A DNA stretch of 14,377 nucleotides from an uncultured Candidatus Cloacimonadota bacterium (GCA_964521025.1 CAZFPK010000074.1:1-14377); one strand, 5' to 3'; positions 1 to 8,162 are shown, numbered from the stretch's first letter. Notes: generated from the sequence alone by a model not told the origin. Numbers and translations: made by a program.

Positions 1-118
1 ATTTTGACTTAATTACTTATTACATAAACAATTAAGACAAGTCGGAAAGATTAGTTATACGATTGTTGTCGATAAATAACAGTTCTTCGGAAAGATCTTT
101 AATAAAAAAATTCTAAAA

Positions 119-1408
119 TCATAAAATCCATTTCCAATCGGAAAATTGTTCGTTCACAATCAAAAGTTTTCCATTGAATTTTTTTACCATATTCTTTCGT
201 TGGAGATTATCCAGAGTAAATCCTTCGGTATTAAAAATATTACTGCTCACAACCGGAATTTCATTTTCATTTAACTCTGTTTGAGAAATAATATCCCGAG
301 CAGAAAGCAAACCGGAAACAGTAATCGATTCCCCAAAAAAATGATTGCTGATCTTTTGTACTCGGATTTTATTTTTTAACTCATTATTGATTTCATCAGC
401 AATTTTATTTATATATTTTTCAGCCAGGATTCCGGTTATAAATACAAAATCATTTTGATATTTTTCAATTTCCCTTATGAATTTACTTTTCTTGATTTTC
501 CAATTTTCCAGAAGAAATCTGATCATTCCAATTCCATTTTCCAATTGTGGAAATTCATCATAAAAATCTATATCGGGGATTTCTTCATTGGCAAGCATAT
601 AAACCTCATCCGAACAATATGTTTTCGGATATTTTCGGGAAATTTCTAATATCTCTTTTGCTTGTTTGGAATTTACAGTTTCCAATTTTGGTAGTGATTT
701 CCTGAATTTTGTCAAGCCAACCGGAACAATTCCAATGGATGCTGTTTTTAATTCATTTAAAGTCAAATCTTTAAGAGTTCTTTCCAGTTTGCTCCTGTCA
801 TTCCATTTTGGGACAACCACGATTTGAGTATGAAGTTCAATATTATTCATTGATAGGAATCTCAATTTTTCTAAAATGTTGAATTTTTTTTTATAACGCA
901 GCATTTTTTGATGAAGAATCGGATTTGTCGTATGAACGGAGATGTAAAGCGGAGATAATCTTTGTTCGATGATTTTTTGATAATCTTTTTTGGTCAGGTT
1001 GGTCAGTGTGATGAAATTCCCGTAAATAAAAGAAAACCTGTAATCTCCATCTTTTAAATATAATGGTTTTCGCAAACCAGCTTTCATTTGATGAACAAAA
1101 CAAAAAATACAATTATTGATACAACTTCGACATTTTGGTTGTTCGACTTCGATCCCGAGCGTAGTTTTCAAATCCCGGAGAATTGTTATTTTCCTTGTTT
1201 TTCCATTTCTTTTCAATATTTCAAAGTGAAGAATTTCATCTGCATTATAGAATTGAAAATCGAGAATATCGTGGATTGGATGGTTATTGATTTTTATGAT
1301 CTTGTCTGTTTTCTGAAAATTGTGTTGTTGTGCTGAACTGTTCTTTTGGATGGAGGTAATTTGAAGCGACATTTTTCTCATTGAAATAAACTGTAAAAAC
1401 GGAAACAA
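119..1408 (-). CDS. Radical SAM protein, DUF512-like architecture (N-terminal PDZ-like region, CxxxCxxC cluster, long C-terminal domain)
   Basis: 429-aa ORF. Cys motif C-INN-C-IF-C-F (CxxxCxxC) near residue 95. Motifs GNFITLTNL, YISVHTTNP, VVVPKWND, ITVSGLL fit the DUF512/TIGR03279-type radical SAM proteins as I recall them. Family call rests on memory of the motif pattern, not a search. The first codon at 1408 is TTG; the in-frame ATG at 1381 (MRKMSLQ...) is an alternative start. Stop TGA at 119-121. Confidence 0.6.
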   Translation of the reverse strand: MFPFLQFISMRKMSLQITSIQKNSSAQQHNFQKTDKIIKINNHPIHDILDFQFYNADEILHFEILKRNGKTRKITILRDLKTTLGIEVEQPKCRSCINNCIFCFVHQMKAGLRKPLYLKDGDYRFSFIYGNFITLTNLTKKDYQKIIEQRLSPLYISVHTTNPILHQKMLRYKKKFNILEKLRFLSMNNIELHTQIVVVPKWNDRSKLERTLKDLTLNELKTASIGIVPVGLTKFRKSLPKLETVNSKQAKEILEISRKYPKTYCSDEVYMLANEEIPDIDFYDEFPQLENGIGMIRFLLENWKIKKSKFIREIEKYQNDFVFITGILAEKYINKIADEINNELKNKIRVQKISNHFFGESITVSGLLSARDIISQTELNENEIPVVSSNIFNTEGFTLDNLQRKNMVKKFNGKLLIVNEQFSDWKWIL

Positions 1409-1469
1409 ACAGAAAAACTTAACAAATTTCCTCGAATTTGTGAAGTTTCTTTTTCATCCAGGAAATAAC

Positions 1470-2288
1470 TCAATTAATGATCAAACTTTTATCGATGAGA
1501 ATTTCATCAGCGGTTTCCAGCTTATAAAAATAAATTCCGCTGGGACAGGGTTTTGAATTTTCATCCAGGCCATTCCAGAAAATAGTATTCTCTCCTTTTG
1601 GAAGAAATTGGAAATCAATCAGGTTTTTCACTAATTGTCCCTTTGCATTGTAAATGTTTAAGCTTGCTTTTTGAGTAGAACCGAGATCGAATTTGATCGT
1701 TGTTCCGGAATTTGTTCGGTTTGGTGAAAACGGATTCGGATAATTAAAAATAGAATTTTTCCGGATTGGAGTAAATGGTTCATCGACTGCATTCTGCGGA
1801 TTCCCGGAACGGTAAATATATGAAACATCATAAGTATAAGATGACAGATTGTACCTGGAAATCACGAAAATCCTTTCATTTCCTAAATAACCGAAACTAA
1901 AACAATAATACCAGTAAGAGGAAGTTCCTGTATATTGAAGTTGAATTTGAGTAGTTGAAATATCTTTCAAAAAAACAGAGTAATTACCATTATCATTAGC
2001 CTGGTATAAAACCTCGATATTATTATCAGTATCAAAATCACGAGCAGCTCCGTAAATCCATTGCACGGAATTTTGATGTGCTCCCAGATTGAAGGTCGTA
2101 ACCGGATCAAAATCTTCTTCATAAATTTGAAATTGATCGTTATCTTTGACTATCAACCATTTCTCATCAGGTGATGATTGGACAAAATATGATTGCCCCT
2201 CTGCTGTTATTTCCAGCTGTTGGGAAATAAGAAAGAAAGAAAAAATAATTAACAAAAAAAAGATAGAATGTTTCATTATATTCCTCAA
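1470..2288 (-). CDS. Secreted protein with T9SS (Por secretion) C-terminal sorting domain; N-terminal domain of unknown function
   Basis: N-terminal signal peptide (MKHSIFFLLIIFSFFLISQQ). C-terminal about 90 aa, YPNPFSPNRTNSGTTIKFDL...LNIYNAKGQLVKNL...TIFWNGLDENSKPCPSGIYFYKLE, matches the TIGR04183-type T9SS tail consensus (YPNPF..TTI.F.L, IYN..GQ.V, W.G.D, SGIYFY.L). Start may be the ATG at 2276 instead. Confidence 0.8.
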   Translation of the reverse strand: MRNIMKHSIFFLLIIFSFFLISQQLEITAEGQSYFVQSSPDEKWLIVKDNDQFQIYEEDFDPVTTFNLGAHQNSVQWIYGAARDFDTDNNIEVLYQANDNGNYSVFLKDISTTQIQLQYTGTSSYWYYCFSFGYLGNERIFVISRYNLSSYTYDVSYIYRSGNPQNAVDEPFTPIRKNSIFNYPNPFSPNRTNSGTTIKFDLGSTQKASLNIYNAKGQLVKNLIDFQFLPKGENTIFWNGLDENSKPCPSGIYFYKLETADEILIDKSLIIN

Positions 2289-2399
2289 AAAATAATTAGA
2301 GTGTAATAATTTAACATTTTTTTTTATGATACTCTAATAAAATCCGAATTAAGATTGAAAACTTCACAAATTTTTGAAAATTTGGTAAGTTTTCAAAAA

Positions 2400-3350
2400 T
2401 CACTCACTCAATTCTTTCAACCTTGCCAATCGTTCCGGTTCATTTTGCTGCAGCCAGGGATCTTTACCAAGATATTCAAAAGCAAGAGCGAAATATTTTT
2501 TCGCATCTTCTTTTTGTTCTTTCAGGAGATAAATCTCACCGAGTTCCTCGAAAACATATCCGTCCTGTGCGAGCTGTTTTTCCTCGAACTCTTTTTTAAG
2601 AGCAAGCTGTATTCCCAGGGCTTCATCCAATTTATTCAAGGCTCGATAAACTTTAGCGATCGACCATTTGGCGATCCTGATATAGCGTTCATTTTCAGAT
2701 TTTTCATTAAGTTCAAGACATTTTTGGAAACATTCGACGGATTTTTCATATTCTCCGAGATCGTAATAAGTCCAACCGATATTATTATAAAGCGGTTCGA
2801 TCCAGCCTTTGGTACGTTTATCATCAGTTTTTTCACAAATTTCGAGAGCTTTCAGGTTCCAATCCAGCTGCTTTTCCGGGGGATCGACAATTCCCAGCAT
2901 GTGAATGGCATCGACAGTAAAATGGTCAAGTTTATTTTCCAGTCCGTAATTATAAGCATCCATAAAATATGTTCCGGATTTTTCCGGAAATCCGGATGAA
3001 CGAAAAACTCTTCCTCTTTCCAGTAAATACCTGATTCTGGCAGTTTTTGTCTCTGCAGTTAACAGTGAATCTATTTTATCGAGTGTTTTGTGAGCATCCT
3101 CAAATTTTCTCTGTAAACCTTGTGTTCGTGCGATTTGCGTTTGTAATTGCAGGTAATAATCCGTATCTCCTGACTTTTTGATTTCAGGAAGTAATGCTCT
3201 GAATTTCATTTCCGTAGAATCCGGATGCTGGTAATCCCAGAGAATATCGAAATTGGGAAGTTCCGGCTCTGCAGGTTTTTCTGTTTTCTGTTCGGCATAT
3301 CCGCTGAAAATCAAAATTACAGTTACTATTACTATAGTGATTTTCTTCAT
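2400..3350 (-). CDS. Tetratricopeptide-repeat (TPR) protein with signal peptide
   Basis: 316 aa. N-terminal signal peptide [19 protein letters not shown]. Repeated TPR-like helical motifs (W/Y..LG..Y...G.Y..A...F..AL), e.g. [26 protein letters not shown] and [22 protein letters not shown]. Its ATG overlaps the stop of the upstream SPFH gene in an ATGA junction. Confidence 0.75.
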   Translation of the reverse strand: MKKITIVIVTVILIFSGYAEQKTEKPAEPELPNFDILWDYQHPDSTEMKFRALLPEIKKSGDTDYYLQLQTQIARTQGLQRKFEDAHKTLDKIDSLLTAETKTARIRYLLERGRVFRSSGFPEKSGTYFMDAYNYGLENKLDHFTVDAIHMLGIVDPPEKQLDWNLKALEICEKTDDKRTKGWIEPLYNNIGWTYYDLGEYEKSVECFQKCLELNEKSENERYIRIAKWSIAKVYRALNKLDEALGIQLALKKEFEEKQLAQDGYVFEELGEIYLLKEQKEDAKKYFALAFEYLGKDPWLQQNEPERLARLKELSE

Positions 3351-4114
3351 TTGTGATTTTCCTCTTTATTCAAAAACGCTTTCATCAAATTTATCGGTAC
3401 CGGGAAAACGATGGTCGAATTTTTCTCGGTCGAGATTTCCGTCAGAGTTTGCAAGAATCTCAATTGGATGGAAGCAGTATTTTTGCTAAGAACATCGGCT
3501 GCTTCCGCCAGTTTTGCCGAAGCTTGAAACTCGCCTTCAGCATGAATAACTTTCGCTCTCCGTTCCCGTTCTGCTTCCGCCTGTTTTGCCATTGCTCGCT
3601 GCATTGTTGCCGGCAATTCCACATCTTTGACCTCGACGACACTGACTTTTATTCCCCAGGGATCGGTCTGTTCATCGATGACCTGCTGCAATTCCCGGCT
3701 GATCTTATCTCTTTGGGAAAGCAGTTCGTCCAATTCTGATTTTCCTAAAATATTCCTGAGTGTTGTTTGGGCGATCTGGGAAGTTGCTGTCTTATAATTC
3801 TCGATCTTGATGATTGCATCTTCCGGATTGACAACTTTAAAGTAAACCACCGCATTTACCTTTACCGGGACATTATCTCTGGTAATGATGTCCTGCGGCG
3901 GAACATCTAAAGTTACGGTTCTCAATTCGACTTTGACCATTTTATCGATGAATGGAATGAGGATAATTAAACCCGGACCTCTAACTTTCTGAAATTTTCC
4001 CAGACGAAAGACAACTGCTCTTTCGTATTCCCTGATAATTTTAATCGCTTTTATCAGAAGCAGTAAAAGAATTATTCCAATTATGTTATAAGTATTAAAA
4101 ACACTGAATCCCAT
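3347..4114 (-). CDS. SPFH/band-7 family membrane protein (stomatin-like)
   Basis: 255 aa. N-terminal TM helix [14 protein letters not shown] followed by a canonical SPFH core ([14 protein letters not shown]...GPGLI..IPFIDKM.KV.LR...[21 protein letters not shown]...I.) and an Ala/Glu-rich coiled coil ([22 protein letters not shown]). Strong SD AGAGGAGG upstream of the ATG at 4114. Confidence 0.9.
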   Translation of the reverse strand: MGFSVFNTYNIIGIILLLLLIKAIKIIREYERAVVFRLGKFQKVRGPGLIILIPFIDKMVKVELRTVTLDVPPQDIITRDNVPVKVNAVVYFKVVNPEDAIIKIENYKTATSQIAQTTLRNILGKSELDELLSQRDKISRELQQVIDEQTDPWGIKVSVVEVKDVELPATMQRAMAKQAEAERERRAKVIHAEGEFQASAKLAEAADVLSKNTASIQLRFLQTLTEISTEKNSTIVFPVPINLMKAFLNKEENHK

Positions 4115-4219
4115 TTTTCCTCCTCTTTTTCAAATATTGGAAAACAATTTACCAAATATTTTTAAGGAAATATCTGGCAAGGATTTTCATATTGAAGATG
4201 ATAGAAAAAGATGATAGGT

Positions 4220-4258
4220 GATAAAAAACAAGCGTCATTCTGTCGGAACAACGCTTGT
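4220..4258 (-). terminator. Putative intrinsic terminator after the acidic-protein gene
   Basis: On the minus strand: stem ACAAGCGT/ACGCTTGT (8 bp, plus coords 4228-4235 and 4251-4258) followed by TTTTTTATC. A second hairpin TCGACTC/GAGTCGA sits at 4275-4297, immediately after the stop at 4302. Confidence 0.45.
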
Positions 4259-4301
4259 TATATTTAGTTACTACTCGACTCTTTGCTTTCGAGTCGAATG
4301 A

Positions 4302-6038
4302 TCACGGCAACAATAAAGTAAACGACACTTTCAATCCCTGGACAAAATCCTGCAGGGTAGCATAATCGGTTTCTAGGAATCCCAGCAGATCGATCTGCAA
4401 TTTTGAGGTCGGTTTGAATCCAAGTCCATAGAAATAATCGGTATTACTGGTTGTTGTTTTTGTATGTTCGCTGGTCGAATCATAGAAATTATCATTGATC
4501 ACAACATTTTCCGTTCCGTCTCCGAATTCAGTAATTGTAGTCAAAGGTTCGGAATCGGTTATCTGCATGGCATCATTAACGGTCGTGTAAACATTTCTGA
4601 AAATCGCCCCGAATCTCATATCCCATTTTTTGTTATGTGTGAAATTATATTCGATCCCAACCGGGAATGTCAGAACTGTATTGAAAGTTTCAAAAGTCCT
4701 GTCTGCAGTTAAAGAGAATGTTTCGGTAATGGTAAAATCATTAGCATCATCGACTCCATCGGTTTCTTCATAATCTTCGATATCTTCCTGTGCATCATAA
4801 AAATCGGTTTCTCTTTTGGATGAATCATAATCCAGGCGACCGCCGATCCCAATGAATATTCTTTCATCGAGAGGAATATTGACAATTCCTCCGCAAGAAT
4901 ATCCAAATCTTTTATCAGTTCCTTTATCGGTTTGGTAATTGTTTTCCGTAATAATTCTGGTAAAATCAACACCGAGAGTATCATCTCCGTCGAATTCGGT
5001 TTCTATGCTGCGGTGATAATTCTTGTTATAAAAGTCATAATCATAAGAACCGAAATTTATGCCAGCTCCAAATCTGCAGAAACCATCGTTTTTCCTTTCC
5101 TGAGCCTGCTTGAATGTTTTCCTGATCGAACCTCCGAATCCAAAGGTATTACCGCTTTCATTATCAAAACCGGTAACAACATCTTGTTCGAATAAGGAAT
5201 CCTCGAAATCGGTAATTTCAGGATCGAAGAACTCTAATCCGGTATTTTCTTTGTCGGTAGTATCAAATAATAATTCTTCGGAAGTGAATTGCAGGTCTCC
5301 TCGCACTTCGTAACCTTTAATATCCGGGAACAAAACAGATGCGGTTATTTCCGTTATTGAATTTTCTGTTTCCATATCATTATCTATTAAATCCGTCTGC
5401 ACCTGATCATTATAATCTTCTTCTATCCTGTAATTCTCGAAATTAAGACTATAATCATCGTATATATTCCAATCCATTTCATTGATCGCGATCCTGAGTC
5501 CGCCGATGATATTACCGAAATCGTATGTATTGTTGAAGATAAACTCCTTCATGCAGGTTTCCGTGAAATCAGATTCTTCTTGCGAAATCCTTCTGGTTAG
5601 GTCATAAATGCCGTCTTGATCCGTATCTTCATAAGAGGTAAATTCATCCATCAAAGTTCCGTTTCCCCATATATCGTTAAAACCATCGAGATCAGAATCA
5701 AGTGATACTGGATTGGAAGTTTCCGTATTTTGAAACTGGATCAGGAAGGCAGACCAGAGGTTCTTCAAAAAAGGACATTGGGTCGAGTAACCGACCAGGA
5801 AAGCATCATCGGAGATGTTATCGAAGAGCTGTTCATTTCCGGAAGTCAGGTTACTTAAATTAGTATAAAGCCTGCTTCCCTTCACGAATTTCAATTCGAT
5901 CGGATCATAGATAAGATCGAGATCGTCATTAATCACAGAACCTAATGCTCTGCTTCGGAAAGAAAGATTTTGGGGATTCAAGGAAACTGTAAACCCAATT
6001 AAAAGAATTATTGAAAAGATTATTATTTTTTTCATCAT
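4302..6038 (-). CDS. Large acidic secreted/outer-membrane protein of unknown function (signal peptide, D/E/N/T-rich, beta-strand-like amphipathic C-terminus)
   Basis: 578 aa. Signal peptide MMKKIIIFSIILLIGFTVSL. Extremely Asp/Glu-rich. One DxDxDGxxD Ca-binding-like motif (DTDQDGIYD) and SDLDGFND. The C-terminal third has alternating aromatic/hydrophobic patterns (RFGAIFRNVY, YFYGLGFKP, LQIDLLGF, KVSFTLLL) suggestive of a beta-barrel. SD AAGGAG overlaps the stop codon of the upstream Fn3 gene, so the two are likely co-transcribed. No family recognised. Confidence 0.7.
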   Translation of the reverse strand: MMKKIIIFSIILLIGFTVSLNPQNLSFRSRALGSVINDDLDLIYDPIELKFVKGSRLYTNLSNLTSGNEQLFDNISDDAFLVGYSTQCPFLKNLWSAFLIQFQNTETSNPVSLDSDLDGFNDIWGNGTLMDEFTSYEDTDQDGIYDLTRRISQEESDFTETCMKEFIFNNTYDFGNIIGGLRIAINEMDWNIYDDYSLNFENYRIEEDYNDQVQTDLIDNDMETENSITEITASVLFPDIKGYEVRGDLQFTSEELLFDTTDKENTGLEFFDPEITDFEDSLFEQDVVTGFDNESGNTFGFGGSIRKTFKQAQERKNDGFCRFGAGINFGSYDYDFYNKNYHRSIETEFDGDDTLGVDFTRIITENNYQTDKGTDKRFGYSCGGIVNIPLDERIFIGIGGRLDYDSSKRETDFYDAQEDIEDYEETDGVDDANDFTITETFSLTADRTFETFNTVLTFPVGIEYNFTHNKKWDMRFGAIFRNVYTTVNDAMQITDSEPLTTITEFGDGTENVVINDNFYDSTSEHTKTTTSNTDYFYGLGFKPTSKLQIDLLGFLETDYATLQDFVQGLKVSFTLLLP

Positions 6039-6047
6039 AGACTCCTT

Positions 6048-7400
6048 TTAATAAAAGAAAATATCATAATTACCGGATGTGTTATTAAGATCATAAACTT
6101 CGGCGATGAAAATATTTCCATCTGCTATATTGTAGAAATAGTCATTTAATCCAGTTCCATTAGTATTAAAATCACCGAGAAAAACACCATTTTCATCCCA
6201 TACTCTAATTGCTAAATCCATTGATACGGAATTGTTGTAAATTTCAACATCCAGATCACTTCCATTACTCGTCCATTCAAAAATGTCTGTTTCACCTGAA
6301 TAGTCAATAGACAGACTCATCCAGGTGTTTCCATTGATAAAATATTCCGGATCGGGAACAAATGCAGGTTCGTCAATAATGACGGATGCTTCGTTGGAAT
6401 AAGCAGTATATTGCGGATCTTCATTGGGATTATAAGCCCTGACTTTGTAATAGATAGTATCTCCGATTCCATAAGCTGTCGTGTCGTCATCGGTATATTC
6501 GATAGTGTTATAATCGAGAATTAGAGTTAGAACTTCGTAATCAGAGCTGTTGATTTTCCGCTCGATCTCAAATCCTGTTTCTAAATTTGAATTATCTGTC
6601 CAATTAAGTAAAACTGCAATTGTTTCGGCTTCCTGAGCGAGATTCAAATTACTCGGAGCATTAAAAACAAGGTCTGTAAATGAAAAAGGAGCACTCCCAA
6701 CAATTGGAGTATCTTCTTCCCAATCCCCAAACGCATAAATTCTGAACAAATATTCTGCAGTTGTTGGAAGATCATTAAAAAACAGGTTTGTAACATCCTG
6801 CTCTAAAGTAAAAGAATCAATGGTAACATATTCTCGTAAAGTAAGTAGAGTATCAACATAAACCTTGAAACCGGATTCCGACTCTGTGTTATCGTTCCAG
6901 GCTAACTCGATTGCGGTTGTTGTAAATCCGTTAATCGTGAAATTATCCGGTGCCTGCCAGAGCGGTGTTTTAATTTCGATATTTTCCGTTTGGGACATTC
7001 CATTATCAGTAAATGTTGCGACTTTATAGACATAATACTGATCTTGTACTAATGTGGAATCAACGATTGCAGTGCTGTCCCGATCATTATAAACCTGTAG
7101 AAGAACAAATGGCGGGTCATCCTCGAGTTGACCGATTGCCTTATAGACCTTGTAATAAGCGAAATCTCCGTCATTACTTTCAGTCCATTCCAGGAATATC
7201 CTGTCAGTTTGGATATTCCCATTGTAATAGCCGATAGAAAAATCCGTTCCATCGGTTAGATCTGCCGTATTGATCCCTGGATTTGAACCCGGTAAATTCA
7301 GTTCCAGTTGTCGGATATCGATTGGTGATTTTTCTATGCATGACCACGAAAATAAACCAATTATTAAGATCATCGGCATCAATAAAACTTTCATTACTTT
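6048..7400 (-). CDS. Fibronectin type III (Fn3) domain-containing putative lipoprotein/secreted protein
   Basis: The ORF track extends to 7430 (MKIKKGRMF...). The sequence AAGGGGAGG at about 7404-7412 is a strong SD placed 6 nt before the ATG at 7400 (MKVMKVLLMPMILIIGLFSWSC...), so 7400 is the likelier start. Signal peptide ends in SWSC (lipobox-like, non-canonical). At least two Fn3-like segments (LEWTESNDGDFAYYKVYK; FTINGFTTTAIELAWNDNTESESGFKVYV; later LLNWTDNSNLETGFEIERK). Confidence 0.75.
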   Translation of the reverse strand, partial: KVMKVLLMPMILIIGLFSWSCIEKSPIDIRQLELNLPGSNPGINTADLTDGTDFSIGYYNGNIQTDRIFLEWTESNDGDFAYYKVYKAIGQLEDDPPFVLLQVYNDRDSTAIVDSTLVQDQYYVYKVATFTDNGMSQTENIEIKTPLWQAPDNFTINGFTTTAIELAWNDNTESESGFKVYVDTLLTLREYVTIDSFTLEQDVTNLFFNDLPTTAEYLFRIYAFGDWEEDTPIVGSAPFSFTDLVFNAPSNLNLAQEAETIAVLLNWTDNSNLETGFEIERKINSSDYEVLTLILDYNTIEYTDDDTTAYGIGDTIYYKVRAYNPNEDPQYTAYSNEASVIIDEPAFVPDPEYFINGNTWMSLSIDYSGETDIFEWTSNGSDLDVEIYNNSVSMDLAIRVWDENGVFLGDFNTNGTGLNDYFYNIADGNIFIAEVYDLNNTSGNYDIFFY

Positions 7401-7709
7401 CATAAACATCCTCCCCTTTTTAATTTTCAAGTGTAAATGCGAATAAATTTTCCAAAGCTGTTTTTTGAGAAAAATTCACTGCTTAGAAATTTCAAAATAC
7501 ACTCGAATTCTTTTTTTTGGATTTCTTCATAACCTGTCAACAAATATTTTACAAAGAGCAAAGATTGGGATGAATTAAGAAAAATTATCTTCGCAGTTTT
7601 CTTCAAAGAAATACTCTAAATAAATTTCGGAAAGTTTTCGGTTGAACTCGTTGAACTTGTCGAATTAGTTGAATTGGAGAATTCTCATCTCCTTTCCGAA
7701 GTTTCCTAT

Positions 7710-7883
7710 AAGGGTTCTGCATAATTCAATATCTAACTCACCCTCGGTCCCTCTCCCCAAAGAGAGGGATGACTATGTTGCCCCTTCTCTTTGCAAGAGA
7801 AGGGGTTAGGGGTTGAGTTAAGTAATTGGAATTTCAGATATTTCAATATAATTCTCAAAAATACCCAATTATGCAGAACTCTT
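7710..7883. mobile_element. Putative MITE (miniature inverted-repeat element): 17-bp TIRs, 11-bp direct-repeat flanks, GC-rich structured core
   Basis: TIR-L AAGGGTTCTGCATAATT (7710-7726) and TIR-R AATTATGCAGAACTCTT (7867-7883), reverse complements with 1 mismatch. They are flanked directly by identical direct repeats AAGTTTCCTAT at 7699-7709 and 7884-7894 (candidate target-site duplication). The core at 7734-7820 is about 60% GC in a roughly 35% GC genome and folds into a three-way structure. Confidence 0.45.
7734..7820. ncRNA. GC-rich three-stem structured element inside the MITE core (possible small RNA or protein-binding structure); strand undetermined
   Basis: Outer stem TAACTCACCC (7734-7743) / GGGGTTGAGTTA (7809-7820), 10 bp with one bulge. 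Hairpin 1 CCCTCTC-cccaaa-GAGAGGG (7749-7768). Hairpin 2 CCCCTTCTC-tttgcaa-GAGAAGGGG (7781-7805). The two hairpins share the stem sequence CCC(C)TTCTC. Structure read by eye, not computed. Confidence 0.3.
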
Positions 7884-8162
7884 AAGTTTCCTATAAAAAA
7901 ATTGGCTCTCTTTCAAAAACTATAGGTAAGATATTTATTATGAATTTGTCTTCAACTCTAAAAAGAGATTTTTTCATTAGATATATGAAATTAATTTTCG
8001 AAATGGTTAATTCATTTCAAATCCTGAAAGGATTGAATATTAATAGCCATAGATGGAATCTATGGAGAATGATTCTGGAAAATAACAATCCGGCAGTTGT
8101 CGGATTGAATGTAAGTAACTGCAGTATATAAACGAGTATAGATTGAATCTCCTTTTATATTC

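Noticed and set aside
91-100. Perfect 10-bp palindrome AAAGATCTTT downstream of the radical SAM gene
   Set aside because: It is a short AT-rich palindrome with no loop, so it cannot form a terminator hairpin. It is likely a chance occurrence in 35% GC DNA.
455-1336. Plus-strand ORFs 455-649, 1088-1336 and minus-strand 891-1112 inside the radical SAM gene
   Set aside because: They lie fully within a longer, motif-bearing minus-strand CDS, have low-complexity AT-rich translations (F/I/K-rich) and no RBS. Typical antisense or out-of-frame artefacts of AT-rich DNA.
119-1408. Viperin-like (antiviral) radical SAM
   Set aside because: The CxxxCxxC motif sits about 95 residues in, after a PDZ-like region, and the protein is about 430 aa with a long C-terminal extension. 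That architecture fits DUF512-type enzymes, not the compact 300-aa viperins with an N-proximal cluster.
2355-3739. ORFs 2355-2999(+), 2636-2836(-), 3253-3489(+), 3353-3739(+), 3460-3642(-) overlapping the TPR and SPFH genes
   Set aside because: They overlap well-supported CDSs in other frames or on the opposite strand, and their translations have no recognisable features.
4464-5313. Plus-strand ORFs 4464-4712, 4932-5195, 5110-5313 and minus-strand 4709-4984 inside the acidic-protein gene
   Set aside because: They are embedded in a 578-aa signal-peptide-bearing ORF and show no RBS. Spurious.
7013-7252. ORFs 7013-7237(+) and 7049-7252(-) inside the Fn3 gene
   Set aside because: They lie out of frame with or antisense to a supported CDS.
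7940-8131. 63-aa plus-strand ORF in the 1-kb gap
   Set aside because: It has no Shine-Dalgarno (every credible gene here has one), a hydrophobic low-complexity translation, and would be the only plus-strand gene in the window. Kept only as a low-probability small protein.
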